Assembly: GCA_963812015.1 (NCBI GenBank)
Contig: CAWETI010000002.1
Span: 1,024,001-1,088,000, forward strand
Length of the DNA: 64,000 nt
Origin: an uncultured delta proteobacterium
GTDB lineage: Bacteria > Desulfobacterota > Desulfobaccia > Desulfobaccales > 0-14-0-80-60-11
Direction: 5' to 3'
The position numbers and the translations under genes are program-made. Under the pieces are notes generated by a model that had not been told where the DNA came from, ran no database searches, and worked only from the letters and a program-made list of their open reading frames with translations. Of this stretch, positions 10,112-19,365 are shown one piece after another (position 1 is the stretch's first letter; the number at the start of each line of letters is the position of its first letter).

Positions 10112-10381
10112 ATGGCATTTTGGAATGATATGCTTAAACTGAATCCTACCAATATCCTGGTGGGTATCGGGGTGGCAGTGGCAGTACCGGTGGTGCTGCC
10201 GGTGGTGGCCACGGTCGTCCGCCCCCTGGTCAAGGCCGCCATCAAAGGCGGCTTCACCCTGGCGGATACGGTGACGGAATTCGTGGCGGAGGCCGCCGAG
10301 CAAGTCAGCGACCTGTATGCCGAGGCCAAGGCGGAGCACCTGGCCGGTGGCGCTGCCGCGGCCAAGGATCCTCAGGCGTAA
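10112..10381 (+). CDS. DUF5132-like small protein
   Basis: Hydrophobic segment, then RPLVKAAIKGG ... EQVSDLYAEAKAE. AAGGAG RBS. Confidence 0.8.
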   Translation: MAFWNDMLKLNPTNILVGIGVAVAVPVVLPVVATVVRPLVKAAIKGGFTLADTVTEFVAEAAEQVSDLYAEAKAEHLAGGAAAAKDPQA

Positions 10382-10394
10382 AGGTTGACCTAGC

Positions 10395-10847
10395 ATGACC
10401 GATAGTGAGATCAGGATTGTTCATGCCATACCGGGGCGGGTCAGGCTCAAGGTCGCTAGGCTGAGGGAGAACCCACCCCTGGCTCGGGTCATTCAAGAGC
10501 GCCTGGGGGCCGTCCGGGGTATCCAGGGGGTGGAAGCCACTCCCCTGACCGGCAGCGTGCTGGTGCTTTTTGACCCTCAGGCCATCACGTCCCCGGAGTC
10601 CCTGGCGACCCTGTCCGAGACGCTCACCGGCCTTTTTCCGGGACCGGATCTGACCCAATTGGCGGATTTTCTGAGCCGGTCCATGGCGGTGGAAGAGGCC
10701 GGGCTCACCTGGTCCGAATTTGTGGTGGACTTTTTGGTGGACCTCAACGCCCGACTGGGGAGTGCCCTGGGAGGGTTGGCGGATTTCCGGCTGCTGGTCC
10801 CCCTGGCATTGGTGGTTTTTGGACTGCCGAGATTGCTGAACAAGTAA
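10395..10847 (+). CDS. HMA2-type heavy-metal-associated domain protein
   Basis: HAIPGRVRLK and TPLTGSVLVLFD motifs, C-terminal hydrophobic segment. Confidence 0.8.
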   Translation: MTDSEIRIVHAIPGRVRLKVARLRENPPLARVIQERLGAVRGIQGVEATPLTGSVLVLFDPQAITSPESLATLSETLTGLFPGPDLTQLADFLSRSMAVEEAGLTWSEFVVDFLVDLNARLGSALGGLADFRLLVPLALVVFGLPRLLNK

Positions 10848-10980
10848 GCGGTAACACCTGGCAAGACCGACTCCGGTTTTCTTCTCCTCCTGCCTGAGAC
10901 TGAACCGGCCCCCGGTTTCACCGCAGTAAGGCCTCCCTTCCCGAATGCGCTTCACCGCCCCCTGGCCCGGGCGCCCGCCG

Positions 10981-11787
10981 TTACCCCGCGCTTCCCAAGA
11001 CGTGTTCGTTAAGGTACCAGGTGAAGGCCGCCGCGTCCCGGGCGCTTTTGAGGTAAAGGTCCAGGTGGGCCTCGTCCTGGGGGTAGAAGCCCGGATAGCC
11101 GGTGGGGGCGGCGCCGCCGGGGCAGTGGACCAGAGCGGTGAGCCAGATGGCGGGGATGAGGCGCCATTCCGGCTGGTCTTGCAGGGGGCCGGCCACCCGT
11201 TCTTCCACCGTGGCGATGACCTGACGGGAGGCGGTGACGGCCAGGTGCCAGTCAGAGACCCGGGGAATGAGGATATTGCCCCGGGAGTCGCCCCGGCCGG
11301 CGTGTACCAGGGTGACGTCGGGAATCAGGGCCTGGACCGCCACCAGGTCTTGGCCGGAAAAGGGATCAGGTATGACCCGGAAGCGGGGATTGACCGACAG
11401 ATACGCAGAGCCCAACATGCCCCGGACCGGCAGAAACGGCGCCCCCATGCCCCCCGCCTGGAGGGCGCGCAGCAGCGCCCCTCAGGGGTACTCCAGACAG
11501 TGCAGGCGGCCCGCCTGGACCGCGGCCCGAAAGTGGGGGGCCATGCCGTATTCCTCCAGCCCCACCTGGGCGAAGTGGAGGCGGTCGGCCACCCCGGCGC
11601 CCACGGCCAGGTCGACGTTGAGGCCCCCGGTGGGCACGGTGATCAACCCCAGGTTCCGGCGACCCTGGCGGATGAGTTCCCGGATCAAGGCCATGGGGGC
11701 GGCGCGGCTGTGGCCCCCCAGGGCCACCAGGTCCCCGTCCTTTACCAGCGCCGCCGCGGCGGCCAGGTCAGTCCAGACAGGTGGCAT
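10981..11787 (-). CDS. Family I CoA-transferase alpha-type subunit (GctA-like) with in-frame UGA at codon 102, probable selenocysteine
   Basis: ORFs 11482-11787 and 10981-11448 are in frame and join through TGA (11482-11484) into 268 aa. Motifs VKDGDLVALGG, PMALIREL, PFLPVRG, PDVTLVHA..GD..GN, VIATVEE, PGGAAPT. Hairpin follows the UGA. Confidence 0.8.
11438..11479 (-). promoter_or_regulatory. Putative SECIS hairpin of the CoA-transferase gene
   Basis: mRNA lower stem GGCGCU/GGCGCC, upper stem GCCCUCC/GGGGGGC, apical loop AGGC starting 22 nt after the UGA. Confidence 0.55.
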
Positions 11788-12373
11788 CGCGGTCTCCCGC
11801 TATGGGGTGGGCCCCCAGGTAGGCCAGCAGGTTAAGGAGAATGCGGGCGGTGGCCCCCCAGACCACCTCCTGGCCGTTGTGCCAGTAGCAGACCCGGGTG
11901 GTGCGGCCCTGGAAGGTGTAGGGGCCGGAGCGCCAGCGTTCCGGGGGAAAAAACTCCGCCACCGGCCAGGTCAGCAGGCGCTTGACTTCCCGGGGACTGG
12001 GCCGAAAGTCGTAGGGGTGGGGGATGAGTCCCACAAAGGGAGTGATGTGGTAGCCGGTGATGGTGGCCACCGGGGGGAGCGTTCCCAGCACCTCCACCGC
12101 CTCGGGCGCCAGGCCGATCTCCTCAAAGGTTTCCCTCAGGGCCGTGCCCAGGAGGTGGGGGTCCTCCGGGTCCCGGACCCCGCCCGGAAAGGCGATCTGC
12201 CCCCGGTGATCCTTCACCAAAAGGGTGCGCTGGGTGAACAGCACCTGGACCTCCCCCGCCTTGAGGAACAGGGGCACCAGCACTCCGGCGGCAACCAGGT
12301 CCGACTCCGGCCCCGGCGGGGCCGGCTCCTGGGGCAAATGGTCCTTGAGATGGGCCAGGATTGAGGTGACCAT
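11768..12373 (-). CDS. CoA pyrophosphatase (Nudix, NudL/PCD1 family)
   Basis: LFTQR..HRGQIAFPGG, Nudix box ALRETFEEIGL, EV, VWGATARIL. Confidence 0.9.
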   Translation of the reverse strand: MVTSILAHLKDHLPQEPAPPGPESDLVAAGVLVPLFLKAGEVQVLFTQRTLLVKDHRGQIAFPGGVRDPEDPHLLGTALRETFEEIGLAPEAVEVLGTLPPVATITGYHITPFVGLIPHPYDFRPSPREVKRLLTWPVAEFFPPERWRSGPYTFQGRTTRVCYWHNGQEVVWGATARILLNLLAYLGAHPIAGDRDATCLD

Positions 12374-12520
12374 AATTCTTTTTACCACGGCCCCGGGGTC
12401 CTGGCAACCGCCAGGCCGAAGCCGGTGGTCGCCGGACCGGCTTAGTGATGAGGACCCGCCGGGGAAACCCGCAGCCCCCGCCGATCCCGCCAGGCCGGCC
12501 GGAAGCTGCCGGGGGTGCAA

Positions 12521-12549
12521 TTGACAAGGCGCAGAATGAAGCTTATGTT
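12521..12549 (+). promoter_or_regulatory. Candidate sigma70 promoter
   Basis: TTGACA-N17-TATGTT upstream of the ferritin-like gene. Confidence 0.55.
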
Positions 12550-12621
12550 GATGTAGGGTTCAGCTCATGGGCTCTGCAGCCCATCAACATGCAGGAATCA
12601 GCTGACAGGGAGATCGCCACC

Positions 12622-13146
12622 ATGAAAGTGCAGGAATATATGCTCAAGGCGTTGAAAGACGCCGTGCAAATGGAGGTCGAAGGCCGCCAGTTTTATCTGG
12701 AAGCGGCCAAGAAAGTGAAGAGTGCCGGGGTCCGGGATATCATGGCGTACCTGGCGGAGTCGGAAAAATACCACATCGAAAAATTCAACGAGGTCTACCG
12801 GAGCCTGGAAAAGGACCCGTCCTGGACCGAAACCATAGCGGCCTTTAAGCCCCCCCAGCACGAGCCTTATGTCTGCGTCATGGCCATGACCAAAGATGAA
12901 CAGGGCGCCGGCGGCCAGGATGACCTTCAGGCCCTCAAGACCGGCATCAAGATGGAGGAGTGCTCCATCGACTACTACACCAAACTGGCCAAGGAAGCCA
13001 CCAACCCCCTGGCCCGGCGCTTCTTCATGAGCGTGGCCCATGAAGAAAGGGGCCACTACCTGACCCTGATGGATATGCACAACTACCTGACCATGCCGGA
13101 GGACTGGTTCTACGTCACCCAGATGAGCAATGTGGATGGGGGCTGA
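12622..13146 (+). CDS. Ferritin/rubrerythrin-like di-iron protein
   Basis: Repeated E...FY / EKYH and E...YY / ERGH motifs. Confidence 0.88.
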   Translation: MKVQEYMLKALKDAVQMEVEGRQFYLEAAKKVKSAGVRDIMAYLAESEKYHIEKFNEVYRSLEKDPSWTETIAAFKPPQHEPYVCVMAMTKDEQGAGGQDDLQALKTGIKMEECSIDYYTKLAKEATNPLARRFFMSVAHEERGHYLTLMDMHNYLTMPEDWFYVTQMSNVDGG

Positions 13147-13208
13147 TTGCTGACCGGCAGGCAAGGGATGGGCTGGGTACTGATTGCCGTTATGGAGGTG
13201 AAACCGCG

Positions 13209-13964
13209 GTGGAGTTGATCGTGGTAGGTTCCGGCACCGGGGTGCCCTCCCTGCGCCGGGGCTCGCCGTCCCTGGCGGTCAAGGCCGCCGGCCGACTCCT
13301 GGTCCTGGACCTGGGGTCCGGAACCCTGCGGGCCCTGTTACGTCTCGGCCTCAATTTTTCGGCCATCGACGTTCTGGCCCTGACCCACCTGCACCCCGAC
13401 CACGTGGGGGATCTCATCCCCTTTTTGTTCGCCACCCGCTACTCCCTGGGCTACACCCGCCGGGAGCCTTTCCGGCTCCTGGCCGCCCGGGGGTTTGCCC
13501 GGTTTCACGCCCGACTCCAGGAGGCCTTTAATGGCTGGGTGGAGCCGCCCCCCGGCCTCATGGACCTTAAGGAACTCGCCCCGGACGGCCCGGATGAAGT
13601 GCGGGACGCGGGCCTGGTAATCCGGAGCGCCCCCACCAATCACACCGAAGGGAGCCTGGCCTTTCGGGTGGAGGCTGAAGGCCGGTCCGTGGTCTATTCC
13701 GGGGATACGGCTGAGAGCGACTCCCTGGTGGACCTGGCCCGGGGAGCGGATATTTTGGTGCTGGAGGCCGCCAACCCCTTCAAGGTCCCGGGACACCTCA
13801 CTCCCCGGGAAGCCGGGGGCTTGGCGGCCCGGGCCGGGGTGGCCCGCCTGCTCCTGACCCACTTTTATCCGCCCTGCGATGCAGTGGACGTGGTGGCCCT
13901 GGCGGCCCAGGAGTTTTCCGGAGAGGTCCTCCGGGCCGAAGACGGCCTGAGCCTCACCGTGTGA
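13209..13964 (+). CDS. MBL-fold metallo-hydrolase (RNase Z/ElaC-like)
   Basis: GSGTG, THLHPDH, YSGDT, H, LTHFY motifs. Confidence 0.88.
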   Translation: MELIVVGSGTGVPSLRRGSPSLAVKAAGRLLVLDLGSGTLRALLRLGLNFSAIDVLALTHLHPDHVGDLIPFLFATRYSLGYTRREPFRLLAARGFARFHARLQEAFNGWVEPPPGLMDLKELAPDGPDEVRDAGLVIRSAPTNHTEGSLAFRVEAEGRSVVYSGDTAESDSLVDLARGADILVLEAANPFKVPGHLTPREAGGLAARAGVARLLLTHFYPPCDAVDVVALAAQEFSGEVLRAEDGLSLTV

Positions 13965-13999
13965 GGGCGAGATATCTGAAAGAACAACTGGAGGTTTCC

Positions 14000-14296
14000 A
14001 TGGTTTTGCGTCGGTTGCACCACTTGAGGGCAGTAGCTGTATCCATCGTGATCTGTATGAGCTTGGCGTCGTGCAGCGGCCCAAAGATTTCCCAGGAAAA
14101 TTTCTTAAAGATCCAAACCGGCATGAGCCTGGCGCAAGTCCAGGCCATCCTGGGGGAGCCCACGGAAGCCTCCAGTGTTGACCTGGCCGTGTTTTCCGGC
14201 ACCGTATCCAAATGGCGCCAGGGGGACGTCACCATCACCATCCAGTTCGTCAACGGCAAGGTGGTGGCCAAGCAGTTCTCCAAGACTAAGGAGTAG
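14000..14296 (+). CDS. Small lipoprotein (BamE/SmpA-like fold)
   Basis: Lipobox LASC, KIQTGMSLAQVQAILGEP. Confidence 0.75.
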   Translation: MVLRRLHHLRAVAVSIVICMSLASCSGPKISQENFLKIQTGMSLAQVQAILGEPTEASSVDLAVFSGTVSKWRQGDVTITIQFVNGKVVAKQFSKTKE

Positions 14297-14405
14297 AAAC
14301 ATCGGGGCGCCGGCCCGGGTCAAGGGGCCGGAGGTTCCCCGGGTTTGCCGATTTTAGCGGGTGAGGCAAGCCTTACCCCCAATTCAGCTTCGCGAGGACT
14401 TATCT

Positions 14406-15200
14406 ATGTCGATCATCACGATTTCCCGGGGTTCCTACAGCCGGGGCAAAGAAGTAGCCGAAAAGGTGGCCGCGGTGTTGGGCTACGAATGTATCTCCCG
14501 GGAGATTCTCCTGGAGGCCTCGGAACAATTCAATATCCCGGAGATCAAGCTGGTGCGGGCGATTCACGATGCACCCTCCATCCTGGAGCGTTTCACCTAC
14601 GGCAAGGAAAGGTACGTGGCGTATCTCAAGGCGGCCTTAATGAAACATATCCAGAAAGATAACGTGGTCTATCACGGTCTGGCCGGCCATTTCTTCCTCC
14701 AGGAGATCCCCCATGTCTTCAAGGTGCGGATTGTCGCCGACCTGGAGGACCGGATCGCCGAGGAGATGAAACGGGAAAACATCTCCGCCGCCGAGGCCCG
14801 GCATATCTTGAAAAAAGACGATGACGAGCGCCGCCGCTGGAGTATTCAGGTCTTTGGGGTAGATACCTGGGACCCCATGCTCTATGACATGGTGCTCCAC
14901 ATCAAGTCTTTCAAGGTGGATGATGCGGTGGCGTTGATCCTGCAAGCCGTCAAACTTCCCTGCTTCCGCGCCACCCCGGCATCCCAGAAAATTCTCGATG
15001 ACCAGGCCCTGGCGGCCCGGGTCCAGGCGGCCCTGGTGGAAGAGTTTCCCACCGCCAAGGTGAGCGCCCAAGAGGGGGAACTCTTCGTGAATATCAAGAG
15101 CAACCTGACCGAAGAACAAGAAGTGATCGCCCGGGTGCGGCGCATCGCCAGCAACGTCGCCGGGATCGAGGTCAAGATGCAGTACTTCATCCACCCCTGA
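14406..15200 (+). CDS. Cytidylate kinase-like family protein with C-terminal BON-like domain
   Basis: IITISRGSYSRG, VRIVA, DDERR, YDMVL. Confidence 0.85.
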   Translation: MSIITISRGSYSRGKEVAEKVAAVLGYECISREILLEASEQFNIPEIKLVRAIHDAPSILERFTYGKERYVAYLKAALMKHIQKDNVVYHGLAGHFFLQEIPHVFKVRIVADLEDRIAEEMKRENISAAEARHILKKDDDERRRWSIQVFGVDTWDPMLYDMVLHIKSFKVDDAVALILQAVKLPCFRATPASQKILDDQALAARVQAALVEEFPTAKVSAQEGELFVNIKSNLTEEQEVIARVRRIASNVAGIEVKMQYFIHP

Positions 15201-15272
15201 GGCCGCCAAAAACGGTGGGGCCGGCGCCCTCGGGGAGCGGTCCCCTTAATCGGAGGAGTGCGGGAGGAACTT

Positions 15273-16079
15273 ATGCCATACAAAACCTGGTTCATGCTCG
15301 GCGGGGCGATGGCCCTGGTCTTTCTCTCCCTGACGAAGGTCGAGGCCAAAGTTGTGACCAAAACGGTGGAGTACCGCCAAGACGGCACGGTGATGCGGGG
15401 TTTTTTGGCCTATGATGATGGCCTTAAGGGGAAACGTCCCGGAGTGCTGGTGGTGCACGAGTGGTGGGGCCTCAACGATTTTGCCCGAGAAAAGGCGCAG
15501 CAACTGGCGGGTCTGGGCTACGTCGCCCTGGCCGCGGATATGTACGGAGGCGGCGTCACCACCAAAGACCGGGAAGAAGCGGCCCATCTGGCGGCCCTGC
15601 GGAACAACCCGGCCCTGCTCCGGGCCCGGGCCCAGGCGGCCCTCAAGGTCCTGGCGGCTGATCCCCGGGTGGACCCCAAACGCCTGGCAGCCATCGGTTT
15701 CTGTTTCGGCGGCACCACGGTCCTGGAACTGGCCTACTCCGGGGCGGACCTCGCCGGAGTAGTGAGTTTTCATGGCGGCCTGCCCCGGCCCCAACCCGGA
15801 GATCTGGAACGCCTTAAGGCCAAAATCCTGGTGCTGCATGGGGCCGATGACCCTCATGTTCCGGCCGCCGACCTCGCCGCCTTTGAGCAGGCCATGCGGC
15901 AAGCCGGGGCGGACTGGCAGATGGTCTTCTTCGGCGGGGCGGTCCACGGGTTCACCAACCCGGCCGCAGGGGACAACAAAGCCTCCGGGGTAGCCTACGA
16001 CGCCCTGGCGGCCCGGCGCTCCTGGCGGTATATGCGGGAATTCTTCCGGGAAATTTTGACCATCAAAGGGACGGACTGA
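15273..16079 (+). CDS. Dienelactone hydrolase family protein (exported)
   Basis: HEWWGLN, GFCFGG nucleophile, HGADD, HGF. N-terminal signal peptide. Confidence 0.92.
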   Translation: MPYKTWFMLGGAMALVFLSLTKVEAKVVTKTVEYRQDGTVMRGFLAYDDGLKGKRPGVLVVHEWWGLNDFAREKAQQLAGLGYVALAADMYGGGVTTKDREEAAHLAALRNNPALLRARAQAALKVLAADPRVDPKRLAAIGFCFGGTTVLELAYSGADLAGVVSFHGGLPRPQPGDLERLKAKILVLHGADDPHVPAADLAAFEQAMRQAGADWQMVFFGGAVHGFTNPAAGDNKASGVAYDALAARRSWRYMREFFREILTIKGTD

Positions 16080-16139
16080 AGCGAGGGCCGGGGAGGCGCC
16101 GAAGGGACTCGGAAGCGACCGCCGGCGGGATCATTCGTC

Positions 16140-16889
16140 TCAAGGCCACTCTTTTAACTTGATTAACCCCTGATGAATTTCGAGATAGTGGATTTTGTCA
16201 GAGGTCCAGGCCCCGGCATTGGCAAAGATTTTACCGTCCTCCATAATATGCAGCCCATGACGGTGCGTATGGGCCAGAATGACAATATCGAAGCCTCGCC
16301 GAAAAAACCTCAGTGCGGCTGCCAGGTTCCTTGGCGCATCAAAAAGCGTCTTTTCAAGTCCATGCCGTTTTTTATGCAGGTCGTAGAGCCACCATTCGGT
16401 TTTAAAGTAGAGATGAAAAAACTTGGGCGAAATTCTCAGCAATTTCCCCAGCGCCGTGGCGATGTGAGCGTAAAGCCGGGGAAAATGCTGAAAGCGGCGG
16501 TCATAAAGATGCCCATGTTCAATATGAATCCGTTGATCGCCAGAGACTACGTCCAAAAAAGGCCTAGCCGAGCCAATACCGGATTTCGCCAAATAGGTTC
16601 CCGAATGAATGTCATGGTTGCCATTTACATAATAGATCTTGTTACTGTCTCGAGATAGGAAATCCTTTAAACTTTTGATAGCTGATTTGAGATCCATAGC
16701 TAATTTTGAAGTTGAACATTGCAATAAATCAAAGCCGTCGCCATTTATACAAAGGTTAATGCGATTTTTTGCCAGATATTTTACGAACGAAACGAGACGT
16801 TCTCTTTTAGTAAACGCAGGGTTACCCAGATGCAGGTCGGATATTACACAGAGATGATCTTCTTTAACATAAACTTTAGATTTGTCCAT
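16140..16889 (-). CDS. Calcineurin-like metallophosphoesterase (LpxH/YbbF-like), low GC
   Basis: SDLHLG, GDGFD, GNHD, HGH, HTH, NAGAW. Confidence 0.85.
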   Translation of the reverse strand: MDKSKVYVKEDHLCVISDLHLGNPAFTKRERLVSFVKYLAKNRINLCINGDGFDLLQCSTSKLAMDLKSAIKSLKDFLSRDSNKIYYVNGNHDIHSGTYLAKSGIGSARPFLDVVSGDQRIHIEHGHLYDRRFQHFPRLYAHIATALGKLLRISPKFFHLYFKTEWWLYDLHKKRHGLEKTLFDAPRNLAAALRFFRRGFDIVILAHTHRHGLHIMEDGKIFANAGAWTSDKIHYLEIHQGLIKLKEWP

Positions 16890-17166
16890 AAGTCTTCAAC
16901 ATGATCTTAGAAGTAATAGAAGGATAAAATTAAGGTGATTTTGTCCAGAAACGTTAGATATTGGCAGGATAAAATATGGGGAGGATATTATCAAGCAGTT
17001 TTTTGGGAATTATGAAAATTTAAATAAACATCCTTTAGTGCAGCTTAGTTAATCAAAACTCACTTCCATCCTTGTTTCCCTCTAATTTGATTGAATTTCA
17101 TAAACTGAGGGATGAACCTCTCTCGCCCGACCAACCAACCGAGAGGTGAGCCCGGCGATGACGCCA

Positions 17167-17919
17167 TTATGGCTGTGTGAGCCCGCAGAGTTTCCGGGCC
17201 CGTTCCCGGACCGCGGCAATTATTTGAGGCATGGTGGTACACGCCCCCTGCTTGACCAGAGCTCCGGGAATCGCGCCGCCGGGGTCGGTGCACAGCTTAT
17301 AAATGGCCTTGGTTTTCGTGGCGCCGAAGGGTTCCAGAATCCATTCGCCGGAATTTTCATTCAGGTTGCCGGTCACCAGGGACCAGGAGCTATGATACCG
17401 ATGTTGGGCCGCCCGGGTCTCATCATTCTGCCCCTTGATGATGTACCACCTGTTGCTGCAAGGCCAGGGAAAATTCAGATTGGCATAAAGATATACGGTA
17501 TACTTCCCGCCGGGGATGCGAGAGGCGGCTGGGTCCGCCGGGGTGGGGCCAAGCAAGCGCTCCACCTCCTCAGCCCGGCTCGGTCGGCTTTTTACGATCA
17601 GGGGCACCTTCTCGGCCGCCACCGCCATGCTGTTGAGGGTCCGTGGCATGAAATACTTAAAGTTATTCACATCGGTGATCACCTGCCAGACGATCTCGGG
17701 GGAAGCATCGATAATCCCTATCATCTCGCCGTGTTTCAGGCAGGTTCCCGGCTCGGCGGTCGCAGTGACAACGATCTCTCCCGTTTCTAATTTGTGGCGC
17801 AGATCATCCTCAGCCCCGGCGTAAAGATGGGAACCTGGAGCAAGAATTATTCCCAGGCACCAGAGAACCAGCCAGGCTCCCGGGGACGCTTTTCTTAATA
17901 AACTTACCGATAATCTCAT
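17167..17919 (-). CDS. Exported SRPBCC/START-family protein
   Basis: IDASPEIVWQVITD..FMP, FPWP..RWY, GEWILEP, DPGGAIP. Signal peptide-like N-terminus. Confidence 0.78.
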   Translation of the reverse strand: MRLSVSLLRKASPGAWLVLWCLGIILAPGSHLYAGAEDDLRHKLETGEIVVTATAEPGTCLKHGEMIGIIDASPEIVWQVITDVNNFKYFMPRTLNSMAVAAEKVPLIVKSRPSRAEEVERLLGPTPADPAASRIPGGKYTVYLYANLNFPWPCSNRWYIIKGQNDETRAAQHRYHSSWSLVTGNLNENSGEWILEPFGATKTKAIYKLCTDPGGAIPGALVKQGACTTMPQIIAAVRERARKLCGLTQP

Positions 17920-18072
17920 GGTAAATCGCCCCCGCCCTCGGGCAGCCGTTGGCAGAGAATCTCTGGTTTTGACCGTCAAGAGTTAACCCTCAAGGCATCG
18001 CCGACTGAATTTAACTTTAATAGCGGCGGGATTGCGGGTCAAGTCTTGGCCGGGAAAACAGGAAAAATTGTT

Positions 18073-18762
18073 TTAGACGTTGAACCGAATCTCGATGATA
18101 TCACCTTCGTGGATGGTGTAATCCCGGTCCACCAGCTTCACCAGGCCCTTGGTCCGGGCTTCTTGCATATTGTAGACCTGCAAGAAGTCGTCGTAGCTGA
18201 TAATATCGGCCTTGATGAAGCCCCGGGCCAGGTCGGAGTGAATCTTACCGGCGCAGGTGACGATATCCGAATCCCGCTGCACCGGCCAGGCATGGACTTC
18301 TTTTTTGTCGGCGGTGTAGAAAAAGATGATGCCGGATTTATTCAGGATCATGGTAATGGCGTCATTGAGCTCCGGCGCCTCAGGGGTAACCAGGGTGGGC
18401 TTCAAGCTCAAGGGGGCCAGGGTCCTCAAGAGGGTTAATTCCGCCTCGGTGAACTGCCCGTCGCACAGCGGCACTTCCTGCTCCAGATACCCCAGACACT
18501 TGTCCAGGAGGGCTTTCTCGGCCTCATCCCCGGTCCGCTCCCGGCGGGCCTCCAATTTTTCCATATCCAGGATCAACAGGTCCCAGATCCTGGCTTGAGC
18601 TATCAAGAATCCGTCGCAATGGCTGAAGTCGTCCCGGATGAACTCGACGTAAAAGGGGGTGATTTTCTTGGGGGAGAGTTTCTGGTCCAAGGTAATGACG
18701 CGCTCATCCTGATACTTTACTTTGCCCTCGGGCAGGTCAAATCCAATGCTACATATCTTCAA
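18073..18762 (-). CDS. YchF-related protein (DUF933/TGS C-terminus) lacking the P-loop
   Basis: EVHAW, AGKIHSDLARGFIKAD, DYTIHEGDIIEIRFNV. Only 229 aa, no GxxNxGKS. Confidence 0.8.
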   Translation of the reverse strand: MKICSIGFDLPEGKVKYQDERVITLDQKLSPKKITPFYVEFIRDDFSHCDGFLIAQARIWDLLILDMEKLEARRERTGDEAEKALLDKCLGYLEQEVPLCDGQFTEAELTLLRTLAPLSLKPTLVTPEAPELNDAITMILNKSGIIFFYTADKKEVHAWPVQRDSDIVTCAGKIHSDLARGFIKADIISYDDFLQVYNMQEARTKGLVKLVDRDYTIHEGDIIEIRFNV

Positions 18763-18946
18763 TGACTTTTACCTCTTGATCGAGCCTGGACCTGAACCAG
18801 GGTGGTTCAGGGGTCAGGCCGCCGCTTATCCTTATGGCCGGGAACCGGGGTTCCGCCCCGCCTGCCACAGAAAAACCGGCAAGATCTCGTGGACCCTGCC
18901 GGCGTGATGCTGCTTTTCCGATCTTCCTTGCAGCGGAGGCCGTTGC

Positions 18947-19288
18947 TTAGCGGTAGCCGCCGCGACCGCCGCGACCGCCACCACCACCGTAGCCGCCGCC
19001 ACCACCGCCCCCGCCGCCGCGACCGCCGCCGGCGCCGCCCCGAGCCTGGGGCCTGGCCTCATTGACCGCCAGGACCCGGCCTTCAACCTGACGGCCGTTC
19101 AGCATGGAGATGGCCTTCTGCCCCTCCAGTTTGGTTTCCATTTCCACAAAACCGAAGCCCCGGGGTTGGCCGGTCTGCCGGTCGGTGATGATTTTGGCCG
19201 AGGCCACATTCCCGGCCTCGGTAAAGAGATCCTTCAGTTCGGCTTCGGTCATCTCCATGGGGAGATTACCCACATATAATTTGATCAT
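18947..19288 (-). CDS. RRM RNA-binding protein with Gly-rich tail
   Basis: RNP2 LYVGNL, RNP1 RGFGFVEM, VNEARP. Confidence 0.95.
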   Translation of the reverse strand: MIKLYVGNLPMEMTEAELKDLFTEAGNVASAKIITDRQTGQPRGFGFVEMETKLEGQKAISMLNGRQVEGRVLAVNEARPQARGGAGGGRGGGGGGGGGYGGGGGRGGRGGYR

Positions 19289-19365
19289 GAAATTCTCCTT
19301 TTAAGCGGCGACACGGTTCCCCTGTCCGGATGGTGCCGCCCAACCCGATCTGGAGGAGAATCTGA

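Noticed and set aside
11449..11484. CoA-transferase as a nonsense pseudogene or two separate genes
   Set aside because: A single in-frame TGA, no other decay, a SECIS-like hairpin and Sec-SelD in the same genome make recoding more likely. Not fully excluded.
18955..19040. GCC/ACC-rich repeat
   Set aside because: It encodes the ordinary Gly-rich tail of the RRM protein.
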